Source of the DNA: an uncultured Pseudomonadota bacterium
GTDB taxonomy: Bacteria > Oederibacteriota > Muellerivitia > Muellerivitales > Muellerivitaceae
Length of the DNA stretch: 64,000 bases
Reading direction: 5' to 3'
Assembly (NCBI GenBank): GCA_963770835.1
Contig: CAVYRH010000026.1
Coordinates: 704,001 to 768,000 of the forward strand
The notes beneath the pieces were generated by a model, which made no database searches, was not told the DNA's origin, and saw only the letters and a list, made by a program, of their open reading frames with translations. Positions 42,836 through 52,485 of this stretch are shown here, piece after piece (positions within the stretch are counted from its first letter, which is position 1; every line of letters begins with the position of its first letter). A program made the position numbers and the translations under genes.

Positions 42836-44089
42836 ATGCAAGACACGCGCGAGGTCATGGACCATCTTTTCCGGCGGGAGGCGGGGAAGATGGTCTCTTA
42901 TTTAACGAGGATCTTCGGTCTAGGCCACCTCAACATGGCCGAGGACGTGGTCCAGGACACCCTCATCAAAGCCATGGAAACCTGGTCCCTGCACGGCCTG
43001 CCGGACAACCCCTCGGCCTGGCTCATGCGCGCGGCCCGCAACCGGGCCATCGACCTTATCCGCCGCGACACCCATTTCAAGTTCGTCACCCCGGAACTAA
43101 CCTACCTTTTGCGGCTGCGCGAGGAGGAGGGGAAAGAGGGGCCCGTTCCCGCCAAGGAAATCCAAGACGACCAATTGCGCATGATGTTCTCCTGCTGCCA
43201 CCCGGACCTTTCCCCCGACGCCCAGGTCACCCTCATTCTCAAGACCCTCTGCGGGTTCAGCGTCTCCGAGATCGCCCACGCCTTTTTCACCCAGGAAGAC
43301 GCCATTGAAAAGAAGCTGGGCCGGGCCCGCAAGGACTTAAGGGAATCCGGCACCTTCGTGGAACTGACCAACAACCTGGATATCTCCCAGCGGCTGGAGA
43401 CGGTCTACCAGGTGCTTTACCTGCTCTTCAACGAGGGTTACCACGGCAGCAGGTCGGACCGCAAGGAACCCGAGGAGCTTTGCTACGAGGCCATGCGGCT
43501 CACCCTGCTCCTGGGCGAACACCCCGAGGGCCAAAAGCCCAAAACCTACGCGCTTCTCGCCCTCATGTGCCTGCACGCCGCCCGCCTGCCGGGCCGGCTG
43601 GGGGACGACGGAACCCTGATCCAACTGGAATTCCAGGACCGCTCCAAATGGGACCAGGCCCTGATCGGGAAGGGGCTGGAATACCTGGAAAGGGCCTGGG
43701 CCGGGCAGGTGGTCAGTGAATACCTGGTGGAAGCCAGCATCGCGGGCCTGCATTGCAGCGCCAAAACCTATGCCGAAACCGAGTGGGGGAAGATATTGGA
43801 GCTCTATAACCTGCTCTATCACCTCAAACCCACGCCGGTGGTGGCCTTGAACCACGCCATCGCCCTGGGCAAAGCCGAGGGCCTGGAAAAGGGCCTGGAG
43901 GCCTTGAAAAACCTTCCGGGGGCCGACAAGCTTAAGGAATACCCCTTTTATCCGGCGGCCATGGGGGAATTTCACTTTTTGGCGGGCCGGCCGAAGGAAG
44001 CGGAGGTTTATTTCGCCGAGGCCGTCCATCAATCCCGCAACGATTCCGAGAAAAATTTTTTTGAGCGTAAGCTCAAAATGTGTAAATGA
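42836..44089 (+). CDS. ECF42-type sigma factor with C-terminal TPR/DUF6596 extension
   Basis: AEDVVQD, DDQLRMMFSCCHP, YLLFNEGY, QDRSKWD. Confidence 0.88.
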   Translation: MQDTREVMDHLFRREAGKMVSYLTRIFGLGHLNMAEDVVQDTLIKAMETWSLHGLPDNPSAWLMRAARNRAIDLIRRDTHFKFVTPELTYLLRLREEEGKEGPVPAKEIQDDQLRMMFSCCHPDLSPDAQVTLILKTLCGFSVSEIAHAFFTQEDAIEKKLGRARKDLRESGTFVELTNNLDISQRLETVYQVLYLLFNEGYHGSRSDRKEPEELCYEAMRLTLLLGEHPEGQKPKTYALLALMCLHAARLPGRLGDDGTLIQLEFQDRSKWDQALIGKGLEYLERAWAGQVVSEYLVEASIAGLHCSAKTYAETEWGKILELYNLLYHLKPTPVVALNHAIALGKAEGLEKGLEALKNLPGADKLKEYPFYPAAMGEFHFLAGRPKEAEVYFAEAVHQSRNDSEKNFFERKLKMCK

Positions 44090-44093
44090 TGCT

Positions 44094-44242
44094 GTCATTG
44101 CGAGGAGTGCCGACCGAATAGGTCGGCGTAAACGACGAAGCAACCCCAGTTCCAAAACAACTTCCTTGGGAAAAGACTTATTTAGACTGAGGTTGCTTCG
44201 TCATATTCGAGTCCCTATTCGGGGCTCATTCCTCGCAATGAC
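44094..44242. repeat. Palindromic intergenic element, GTCATTGCGAG...CTCGCAATGAC family, copy 1
   Basis: Terminal inverted repeat plus internal GACGAAGCAACC/GGTTGCTTCGTC; second copy at 63543-63693. Confidence 0.85.
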
Positions 44243-44266
44243 CGCTATTTTAAATGTTTTGTCTAA

Positions 44267-44293
44267 TGTCCGGGTCCGGACCCCCGATTCGTC
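44267..44293 (+). promoter_or_regulatory. ECF42-type promoter variant upstream of the CMD/AhpD gene
   Basis: TGTCCG-17 nt-CGTC. Confidence 0.6.
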
Positions 44294-44345
44294 ATTTAAA
44301 TAGAGGCAAGTAACAAGCCTTACTTCAAATGAGAGGAGATTTACC

Positions 44346-44921
44346 ATGGAAACTTTAGTCAATGACCAACCCTTCCTTGCGCCTATCGAGGAGCCCAAGG
44401 ATTTAGAGACAAAGCAGGCTTATGACTTTTACCTGAAGACCTTTGGCAAGGTCCTCACGCCGGTGAAGGTTTTTTCCGCCCGTATGCCGGCGGCTTTCGG
44501 CAAGTTCTCGGGCATGATCTCCCAATTGGATCAGCAACTGGAGCTTCCAAGGGAGACGGTCATGTTGGTGCGCGAGCGGGTGGCCCAATTGAACGTCTGC
44601 CTCTTCTGCATGGATATCGGCCGGGTGGGCGTCATCCAGGCATCGATGAACGAAGCCAAGTTCGACGCCCTCGATCATTACGCCACAAGCCCGCTTTTCA
44701 CCGACGGCGAAAAGGCCATGCTGGACTATGTGACGGAGCTCACGAGGGATAAGAAGGTGGACCCAAAGGTTTTCGCGCGGATGCGGGAGCATTATTCGGA
44801 ACGCCAGATCTGTGAGATCGTCTATCTAGTGGCCAGCGAGCACGTCTACAACATGACCAACATCGGCCTCAACATCCACTCGGACATGCTTTGCGACATC
44901 ACCAAGAAGAAAAAGGTTTAA
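44346..44921 (+). CDS. Carboxymuconolactone decarboxylase/AhpD-like protein
   Basis: RVAQLNVCLFCMD (CxxC), EKAMLDYVTELT, HYSERQICEI. Confidence 0.82.
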   Translation: METLVNDQPFLAPIEEPKDLETKQAYDFYLKTFGKVLTPVKVFSARMPAAFGKFSGMISQLDQQLELPRETVMLVRERVAQLNVCLFCMDIGRVGVIQASMNEAKFDALDHYATSPLFTDGEKAMLDYVTELTRDKKVDPKVFARMREHYSERQICEIVYLVASEHVYNMTNIGLNIHSDMLCDITKKKKV

Positions 44922-44936
44922 AAGACGGCGGCTTTG

Positions 44937-44968
44937 GGCAGGGAGTTACCCCGCCGTAACTCCTTGCC
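44937..44968 (+). terminator. Hairpin after the CMD gene
   Basis: GGCAGGGAGTTAC-cccgcc-GTAACTCCTTGCC; no U tract. Confidence 0.45.
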
Positions 44969-44994
44969 GGGAACAACAAAGACTCTTAAATTTG

Positions 44995-45092
44995 AACCAC
45001 AGGGTTCACAGAGTACACAAAGTAAGGATTAGGATTTGGGGTTAATCAAATCTTAAATCTTTAACTCTGTGACCTCTGTGTACCCTGTGGTT
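44995..45092. repeat. Inverted-repeat element with ~9-nt periodic arms (ACCACAG.../...CTGTGGT)
   Basis: aaccacagggttcacagagtacacaaag ... ctctgtgacctctgtgtaccctgtggtt. Confidence 0.7.
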
Positions 45093-45113
45093 AAGGATTT
45101 TCGGAGGTGTGCC

Positions 45114-46154
45114 ATGAAAGCCAAAACGACTGAAAGCTTGGAAGGCGCGGTGAAGGGGGTGAAACCCCTGGGGTTTCCCTGGAAAACGGCCGACCCCTTC
45201 CTCTTTTGCGCGCATCATGACGACGCCTATCCGGCGGGCAACGACCAATTGGGCCCCCAGGCTTCCCTGAAGGGCCGGAATATCGGCAACGATTTCGAGG
45301 GGATCGACGGATGGCGCATGTACCACGGGGATACGGTTCCGGGCTTTCCCCAGCACCCCCACCGGGGCTTTGAGACCGTGACCCTTGTGCGCAAGGGCTT
45401 CATCGACCATTCGGATTCCTTGGGCGCCACCGCCCGATTCGGCCAGGGCGATATGCAATGGCTGACGGCAGGCAAGGGCATCAACCACGCGGAAATGTTC
45501 CCTTTGTTGGACCCCAAAAAGCCCAACCCAGTTGAGCTTTTCCAAATCTGGCTGAACCTGCCCAAGACCGGCAAGATGGTCGCGCCTTACTTTTCCATGC
45601 AATGGACCGAACAAATCCCCAAGGTGGCGGCCACTGACGAGGCCGGGCGAAAGACCGAAGTAACCTTGATTGCCGGACATTTGGGGGAAAAGAAGGCCCT
45701 GCCCCCGCCGCCCGATTCCTGGGCCGCCAAGCCCGAAAGCGACCTGGCCATTTGGACCCTGAAGATGGAACCGAAGGCCCGGTGGGCCCTGCCGAGGGCC
45801 AAGAAAGGCACGAACCGCACCCTTTATTTCTTCCGGGGGGAATCAATCATGATCGGGGGCGTCACGGTGAAGTCCCGCAATGGCGTCGAGCTGGAGCCGG
45901 ATGTGGATGTTTTATTGGAGAACGGCGGCCAAGAGGCCGAATTGCTCCTCTTGCAGGGCCGCCCCATCGGCGAGCCGGTGGCCCAGTACGGGCCTTTCGT
46001 GATGAATACCATGGTGGAAGTTCAACAGGCTTACGAGGATTACCACCGGACCCAGTTCGGCGGCTGGCCCTGGAAGTCGGTTGATCCGGTTCATCCCCGA
46101 GGGGAAGGCCGCTTCGCCAAGCACGCCGACGGCCGTATCGAACGGCCATCCTAA
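45114..46154 (+). CDS. Pirin-family protein
   Basis: DPFLFCAHH, GFPQHPHRGFETVT, QWLTAGKGINHAEM, GPFVMN; GGAGG RBS before ATG 45114. Confidence 0.93.
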   Translation: MKAKTTESLEGAVKGVKPLGFPWKTADPFLFCAHHDDAYPAGNDQLGPQASLKGRNIGNDFEGIDGWRMYHGDTVPGFPQHPHRGFETVTLVRKGFIDHSDSLGATARFGQGDMQWLTAGKGINHAEMFPLLDPKKPNPVELFQIWLNLPKTGKMVAPYFSMQWTEQIPKVAATDEAGRKTEVTLIAGHLGEKKALPPPPDSWAAKPESDLAIWTLKMEPKARWALPRAKKGTNRTLYFFRGESIMIGGVTVKSRNGVELEPDVDVLLENGGQEAELLLLQGRPIGEPVAQYGPFVMNTMVEVQQAYEDYHRTQFGGWPWKSVDPVHPRGEGRFAKHADGRIERPS

Positions 46155-46170
46155 ATAATCCCGAATAAAT

Positions 46171-46217
46171 AACGGCCCGGCTCCTATTGGTTTACCCGCG
46201 AAGCCAGGCCGTTTTTT
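46171..46217 (+). terminator. Probable bidirectional terminator
   Basis: aacggcccggct...agccaggccgtttttt between convergent genes. Confidence 0.55.
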
Positions 46218-46232
46218 GTTTTTAAGACCAGC

Positions 46233-46595
46233 TCAATGGTCGTGGTGGTCCCCGTGGTCATCATGCCAATGTCCAGGGGGGTATTTCGCCCGATGGTCCG
46301 CGTAATGGGACCAGGGCCTGCCTCTGTCCGACCGCAACATTACGTGATGGCCCAGGTGGTGAAATCGCGGCGGCAAATGGCGGACCCGAACCCAGTTAGG
46401 TCCGTCCTGGTAGAAATAAACATGGGCCCCGTAATCGTAATAGACCCCCATATCGGGATAGTACCAGTAGTTATAGGCCGGGGCTGGTGCCGGCCCGCCA
46501 ACATTGATCCCGACTGACACTTGGCCGTATCCGCGGGCAGCCGCCAGCAAGCAGAGGGGGATAAACAAACCGACTAAAAGCCAGGAACGTTTCAT
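46233..46595 (-). CDS. Small secreted Tyr/His-rich hypothetical protein
   Basis: AAGGAGG RBS, signal peptide, VSVGINVG, YWYYPD..VYYD, His-rich C-terminus. Confidence 0.75.
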   Translation of the reverse strand: MKRSWLLVGLFIPLCLLAAARGYGQVSVGINVGGPAPAPAYNYWYYPDMGVYYDYGAHVYFYQDGPNWVRVRHLPPRFHHLGHHVMLRSDRGRPWSHYADHRAKYPPGHWHDDHGDHHDH

Positions 46596-46809
46596 GGTTC
46601 CCTCCTTAACGGGATCGAAGGTGGAACGGTCGGAAAAAGACGGTGACCGCGCCTCCGGTCCAAAGTGAACGACAACTATGGGCTAGCGACCTTTGCCGCT
46701 GCCCTTAGCACCATACTCGGCCCGGGGCCCTAAAAAAAACAACCCGGGTCCAGTATTTTGTTTTTCCTGAAATCGCTCTTATTTCCGAAATTGTGACCCC
46801 GTGGCCCGG

Positions 46810-46908
46810 CTCAACGGATGGCTCTGGAAGTCGGATGATCCTGTTCATTCTCGTGGGGAAGGACGTTTTGCCAAGCATGCCGACGGGCGGATTGATAGAC
46901 CTAACTAA
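46810..46908 (+). pseudogene. Degenerate duplicate of the last 33 codons of the pirin gene
   Basis: Translates LNGWLWKSDDPVHSRGEGRFAKHADGRIDRPN* versus pirin FGGWPWKSVDPVHPRGEGRFAKHADGRIERPS* (46056-46154). Confidence 0.85.
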
Positions 46909-46944
46909 ATTGAATATTTAGTTAGGGGATTAACTGTAATTGAA

Positions 46945-47673
46945 CTAAGGATATTTTTCTAATTTGTCCTTTAAATCTCCCAGATAAACAACTCGTGCTT
47001 GCAACAAGTAGAAGTCATGCTCTTTATCCTTTGTAATTTTCGGCCAGGTATAATTTGATTGAGGAAGCACTTGTTCAAATTCGATAGCTTTATCATTTCC
47101 GATTTTTGTTTGAAGAGTTATTAAACACAATTGAAACCATTGGGCTACCTGGGGTTCTAAATCAACGCCAGTTTTTTCCGAAAAAAAGTCATCGTAAAGA
47201 GGAGCGCTTTTGTCGATCAAATCTTGAAGAAGTTTTATTTTATCTTTTCTTACCTGTAATTCTTCAGGGGTTTCTGACGAAGCACTGTTTATAATTTGGT
47301 ATTGAATCTTTGTGTTTTGCGGTCGACGGAGTAACTCTAGTTTGGCTTTTTTAAAATCCTTATCCTTTTGAACTAGGTCAGAAATTTTATTGTTATAAAT
47401 GGTGGCAGAAGTATCAAAGAACGCCCAAAGAAGTGTTAAAAGAAAAACGACTATTGTGATAATGATTTTTGTTCCATCTTCTTTTAATTTTTCCTTGCTT
47501 TTTCTTTTACCGGATTTTTCTTTGGAAAAGATGTAAATAATGGCAATCAAAAATAATAATTCAATAACGGATAAGAAAATTGAAATCATTGTTACGCCGC
47601 GCCACATTAAGACATTGGCCCAGGCCTGTTTGAAAACAAGATAGAAATATTCCGAATCAGATAATTGATCCAT
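46945..47673 (-). CDS. AT-rich hypothetical membrane protein (2 TM plus coiled region)
   Basis: 242-aa ORF with GGAG RBS; visibly lower GC than its flanks. Confidence 0.65.
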   Translation of the reverse strand: MDQLSDSEYFYLVFKQAWANVLMWRGVTMISIFLSVIELLFLIAIIYIFSKEKSGKRKSKEKLKEDGTKIIITIVVFLLTLLWAFFDTSATIYNNKISDLVQKDKDFKKAKLELLRRPQNTKIQYQIINSASSETPEELQVRKDKIKLLQDLIDKSAPLYDDFFSEKTGVDLEPQVAQWFQLCLITLQTKIGNDKAIEFEQVLPQSNYTWPKITKDKEHDFYLLQARVVYLGDLKDKLEKYP

Positions 47674-47777
47674 GGAAAATCTCCCTTCTTTATGATGGTT
47701 CGAAATTTGGAAGATGTTTTGGAAGGGATAGGTCGCGTTTGGAGCGAAACAAGCTCTTTAGTATTTAAAGACCTTTT

Positions 47778-48443
47778 TCAGCTCCCCGCGTCTAAGCGAT
47801 ACTTCGCGAAGGCCTGCTGGGCGGCATCGTTGGAGGCATCCCGGATGTCCTGCCAGCGCTGAATGTGGTCGGAATAGTTCAAATCCCTCAGGATCATCTC
47901 GGTGTGGGTGTCGTCAAAATGCCATTCCTTCAAAAGCACGTCGTTGCCCAGGGGTTCGGGGCTGCCGCTGGCGTTCTTGTTCCAGCGCCGGTATTGATGG
48001 GCCCATTCCGCCAGGGGGATGGCCTTGGCGCTGTCCCCGTCCCAGGTGGCGGAGATGAAATAAAGCTTGCCGTTGGGAATATAGAACAAAAGGTCCGCGG
48101 AGGTGGCGGCCGTCACCCCGGTGGAGGCGTCCAAAGTCACGATCGTAAACTGGGGGTCGTTATTGAAGGAACGGAATTTCTTCTTGGCGTCGGGGTATTT
48201 TTGGAGGAGATCATCCAGGGTCATGCCCAGGCTGAAACCAGCGGTTTCCCGGGGGATGGGGATCTTGGGACCGGCGAAGAATTCCTTGAAAACCCCGGTG
48301 CTCCAAATGGCGGCCAGGATGATAAGGGCGAAGATAAAGCCGATGACCTTCCCCTTCCACTGGCCGGGGGTGGGAATGGAATCGGACTTTGGTTTGGATA
48401 GGACGGCTTCAGTTGCTGACGGCTGTTTGCGGCGTGTTGGCAT
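47778..48443 (-). CDS. Hypothetical single-pass membrane protein
   Basis: One TM helix, then GFSLGMTLDDL; GC3-rich codons; overlaps the upstream gene end. Confidence 0.65.
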   Translation of the reverse strand: MPTRRKQPSATEAVLSKPKSDSIPTPGQWKGKVIGFIFALIILAAIWSTGVFKEFFAGPKIPIPRETAGFSLGMTLDDLLQKYPDAKKKFRSFNNDPQFTIVTLDASTGVTAATSADLLFYIPNGKLYFISATWDGDSAKAIPLAEWAHQYRRWNKNASGSPEPLGNDVLLKEWHFDDTHTEMILRDLNYSDHIQRWQDIRDASNDAAQQAFAKYRLDAGS

Positions 48444-49949
48444 TGGTCGTCGCGCTTTCTGGAATAGGTTCTTGATAATCCTGCACGTGGCCCAACAGCG
48501 ACTTTAAACCCCTCCACAACAGATCCAGTTCCCGGAAGTGACGGATCGTAATCAACTGCCGGAACATGAACTTCGGATCCTTCATCAGCGCCCAGGTCTT
48601 GCGGGTCCAGGGGGCTGGGTTCACGTTGGTCTTTAATATCGGGTGGCTCATATCGTACCGTTCATAGTCTTCTTTGCCAATTAAAAGCCAGCCCTTGTTG
48701 GTGGCCTCCCTCCAGAGGGGGGAGCCGGGGTAAGCGATGACGACCGAGGCCTGCATGCAGTCCCCGAAGCGCACTTTGTAGTTCAGGATCTCCTTGGTGA
48801 CCTCATAGGTCTTGTTCATGTCCTCTTCGGTTTCCCAGGGGTAGCCGAACATAGTGGTCAGGAGCACCACCAATCCCTTGTCTTTGGCCATCTTGACGCC
48901 GTTGCTGATGAGGTCCACGGTCTCGCATTTGGCCAGGTGCTTGATGCTGTAATCGGAACCCGCTTCCAACCCGATCTTCAGGAGGCGCCAGCCGCACTTG
49001 ACCAAGAGATCGACCACTTCCTCGTTCAGGGTGTCGGCGCGGCAGTTGGAGGAAAATTGGAAGCGGCCCAAAAGCTTGCGGGCCGTCAGTTCTTTATAAA
49101 ACTCCTTGAGCCACTCGATGTTGTAGATGGGGCCGGATTCGTTGTCGTCGAAGAATTCCCAGACCTTGTACTTGTTGACGCAGATTTCCATTTCCTCGGC
49201 CACGTTCTTGGGGGAGCGCAGGCGGGCGGTCTTGCCCCAAAGGGCGTGCTGCCAGATGCAGAAGGTGCAGACACCCACGCTGTTGGGGGAGGCGTCGGAA
49301 GCGCCGCAGCCCCGGCCGGTGAGGATGTAGGCCGTGGGGCGCAGCAGGTAGGCCTCGCCGTAATCCAGGAAGCGGGTCAGTTCGCGGTCGATGAAGGGCA
49401 GGGAATCTAGGGCGTCGGTGAGCTTGTGGGGGCCGGTGGTGACGGTCTTGCCGGAGGCGTCGCGGTACCAGACGCCGGGGCCCAGGGGTTCCTTACCCGC
49501 CAGGAACTGGACGATGTTGCGGCCCACGATGTCGTAGTCGCCGCCGGTCATGACGTAATCCACCTTGGAGTTCAGGACCGATTCCTCAGGAAAGTAGCTC
49601 ACGTGGTCGCCCATCAGGGCCATCTTCATCTCCGGGAAGCGGGTCTTCAGTTCCTCTATATATTTCCAGTGGCGCTTCACCACGGGGGCCTTGGTCTCCA
49701 AAAAGACGATCTCGGGGGCGAAGTCAGTCGAGGTGCTTGTCGAATTCCTCGTCGCTCATGCGGCGGTTGATGCCGTCCAGCCAGAGCACTTCGTGGCCCA
49801 GGTGCTTCAGGTTGGTGGCCAAGTGGCCGGGCACCAGGGGGAAGATGCGGACTTCAAGGGTCTTGGAGAATTTCAGATGGCGGTTCTGGGTTAAAAGAGG
49901 AAGTTCGCCGTTTTTGCGGAACGGGGGGTAAAGGACTGGCAGTTTTCAT
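48409..49949 (-). CDS. B12-binding-domain radical SAM protein, interrupted by two apparent +1 frameshifts (~49937, ~49729)
   Basis: GRGC...CTFC with an insertion between the first two Cys; reconstructed N-terminus MKTA/VLYPPFRKNGELPLLTQNRH...GHEVLWLDG...HL/TDFAPEIVFLETKAP. Confidence 0.8.
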
Positions 49950-50054
49950 GAAGATCTCACCTCAGGAATGAATATAGAAGCACTTCAAAATACGAAAAAA
50001 CCCCTAAAAAACCAACCCTCATTGCTTTGGACGTTCATAGAACGGCTTCGCGGG

Positions 50055-51059
50055 TCATATTCTACCGCGATAATACTCAATCGTGTGTTTCAAACCCTCT
50101 TTTAAAGGGATCTTGGGCTCCCATTTCAGGACCTTTTTGGCCTTGGAAATATCAGGCTTGCGCTTGATGGGGTCGTCCTGGGGCAGGGGTTTTTTCACGA
50201 TTTTGGCGCCCGGTTTGCCGCAAAGCTCCTTCACGATCTTCGCGAACTGGAGGATGGTGGTCTCCTGGGGGTTGCCCAGGTTGAAAACCTCCCCCGTGGT
50301 ATGGGGCGTGGAAATGGCGGCCCAGAGGCCCCTTACCAGGTCTGCCACGTAGCAGAAACTGCGGGTCTGGGAGCCGTCGCCGTAAACCGTCAGGGAGTTC
50401 CCGTTCAAGGCCTGGGTGATCAGGTTGGAAACCACCCGGCCGTCGTTCTCGTTCAAGCGGGGCCCATAGGTGTTGAAGATGCGCACCAGCCGGGCATCCA
50501 CCTCGTATTTGTGCGACGTACTCATAAACCAGGGCCTCGCCGAGGCGCTTGCTTTCGTCGTAGCAGGAGCGGGGCCCGAAGGAATTCACGTTGCCCCAAT
50601 AGGTCTCCACTTGGGGATGGACCAGAGGGTTGCCGTAGACTTCCGAGGTGGAGGCGAAAAGGAAGCTTGGCGCTCCTTCTTTTTGCAGTACTCCAAAAGC
50701 CGGTAGGTGCCGATGGAATTGGTGAGGATGGTCTCGATGGAGTTCTTCATGTAGCCCACGGGCGAGGCGGGGGAGGCCAGGTGGAACACATAGTCGGCCT
50801 TGGGCAGGAAGCGCGGGAACCCCCGGGCGACGTCCCTTAAGAAGCGGGGGAGGGCCAGGAAGCGCGGCAGGCCCTTGATGATGTCCTGGTGGATGAAGCG
50901 GAAGTGGGGATGGCGCCGGATATGGGCGATGTTTTCGGATTTTCCGGTGATGAGGTTGTCCACGCAGACCACGTGGTGGCCCAGGGACAGGAGGTAATCG
51001 CAAAGATGGGACCCGACGAAACCGGCGCCGCCGGTGACCAACGAATGAACGCGTTTCAT
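50055..51059 (-). CDS. UDP-glucuronate decarboxylase (UDP-xylose synthase-like SDR), split across three frames
   Basis: [26 protein letters not shown]...YWGNVN...[16 protein letters not shown]...DGRVVSN; breaks at ~50665-50674 and ~50517. Confidence 0.88.
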
Positions 51060-51181
51060 GGAACCTCAAGGGAGGAACAGGTCTGATCTTCGCGAGGCAG
51101 GAGTTTAACACAAGCGGCGCGCGGGCTGCCACAGGGTATTTACCGCCATCGCACCCGGAAAAGGGGTCCGCGAAGGGAAAT

Positions 51182-52352
51182 TTACCGGATCGGAAACCCG
51201 GCCCCCCCATAGGGGTTTTGATCCGCGGGAGTGGGGGTGGGAGGAATCGGCGTGGGGGTATCCTGGTTTTCCGGCTGTTTCACCGGCCTTAACCGGACGA
51301 CGGCGTTGTTCTGGATGTCGGTCACGTAGACGCGGTTTTGGGAGTCGCTGGCGACGGCCCGGAAACGGGGGGCGTAGTTGGCGTTGAGGATCTCATCCTT
51401 CGCCCGCCACTCCCCCAAAAACTCGAAGTCCCCGTTGCGGCTGTTGTAAAAAACCACCCTGCCGCTGCCTCCGTCCGCGATGGCCGCGAGCCCGGAAGGC
51501 GTGACGGCCACGCCGGCGGGGTCCTTGAAAACATAAGGCCCGTCATTGCCGTACCAGCCCTGGATGGTCAGGGGCACTCCACCGTCGTTGTAGACCTCCA
51601 TGCGGAAATTGCCGGTATCGGCCACGATGGCCTGGTCAATGCTGTTGAGGGCCATACCCAAAGGCTGGTTCATGACCGCCACCGTGGTGTTGGCGCCGGC
51701 GTCGGTGCCGAAGGAGCCCCAGGTGGTGTTGTAGATGCCCAAGTTGCTGAAGATCTGAACGCGCGAATTGCCCGAATCCAGCACCCAAATATTGCCATAG
51801 TGGTCCTCGGAAAGGGACCGGGGAAGGTTGAATTGGCTGGTGCCGGTGCCCGGGCTTCCCCAGGTGGTCACCACCATGCCGTTCGCGTCCAGCACCACGA
51901 TGCGGCTGTTGAGGCTGTCGGAAACATAGATCTGGTTGTTGGGGTAAACAAAGATTCCGGTTGGATGTTCGAATTGGGGCGGGTTGCGCCAGTCGGATCG
52001 GGTTCCGAAGGACCCGTAGGAGGTTACCGGGTCCCCGGTTGGAATTCCAAACTAGGACGCGGTTGTTGTTCGTGTCCGCGATATAGACCTTGCCGTCCGG
52101 GCCCACCGCGATTCCCTCGGGATCGCTCATTTGGTTCAAGTGGGAGCCCTTGGACCCCCACATGGCGTCGAAGGTGTAGATTTTGGGGCCGTTATAGGAA
52201 ACAGGAGTGGCCGTCGGCGTATTGGTAGGAGTTTCGGTGGGAAGGTGGGTGGGCGTCGGGGAAGGGGTGTGGTGTTTTCTGGCCCAAACGTGGGAGGGGT
52301 TCACGAAAGCAATCAGGAAGAACACCAATATAGGAAGACGGCGGAAATTCAT
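51182..52352 (-). CDS. Secreted NHL-repeat (beta-propeller) protein with short Thr/Pro linkers, one apparent +1 frameshift at ~52037
   Basis: [30 protein letters not shown]...[13 protein letters not shown]; removing one base joins the two ORFs. Confidence 0.8.
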
Positions 52353-52371
52353 GAACCAATGCTATCACAGG

Positions 52372-52479
52372 CAATTTTAAGTTTTGAATTCTTAATTGTG
52401 AATTAATGAGATTTTCTTCCAGCGAAAGCGGAAGAACATGGGCCGAAATTTAAAATTCAACATTCCCAATTCAAAATTG
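52372..52479. repeat. AT-rich imperfect inverted repeat with 7-nt periodic arms and a central hairpin
   Basis: caattttaagttttgaattcttaattgtgaatt ... aatttaaaattcaacattcccaattcaaaattg. Confidence 0.6.
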
Positions 52480-52485
52480 ACGTTT

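Noticed and set aside
46155..47700. Intact prophage or integrative element at pirin
   Set aside because: No integrase, transposase or phage genes; only a scar is supportable
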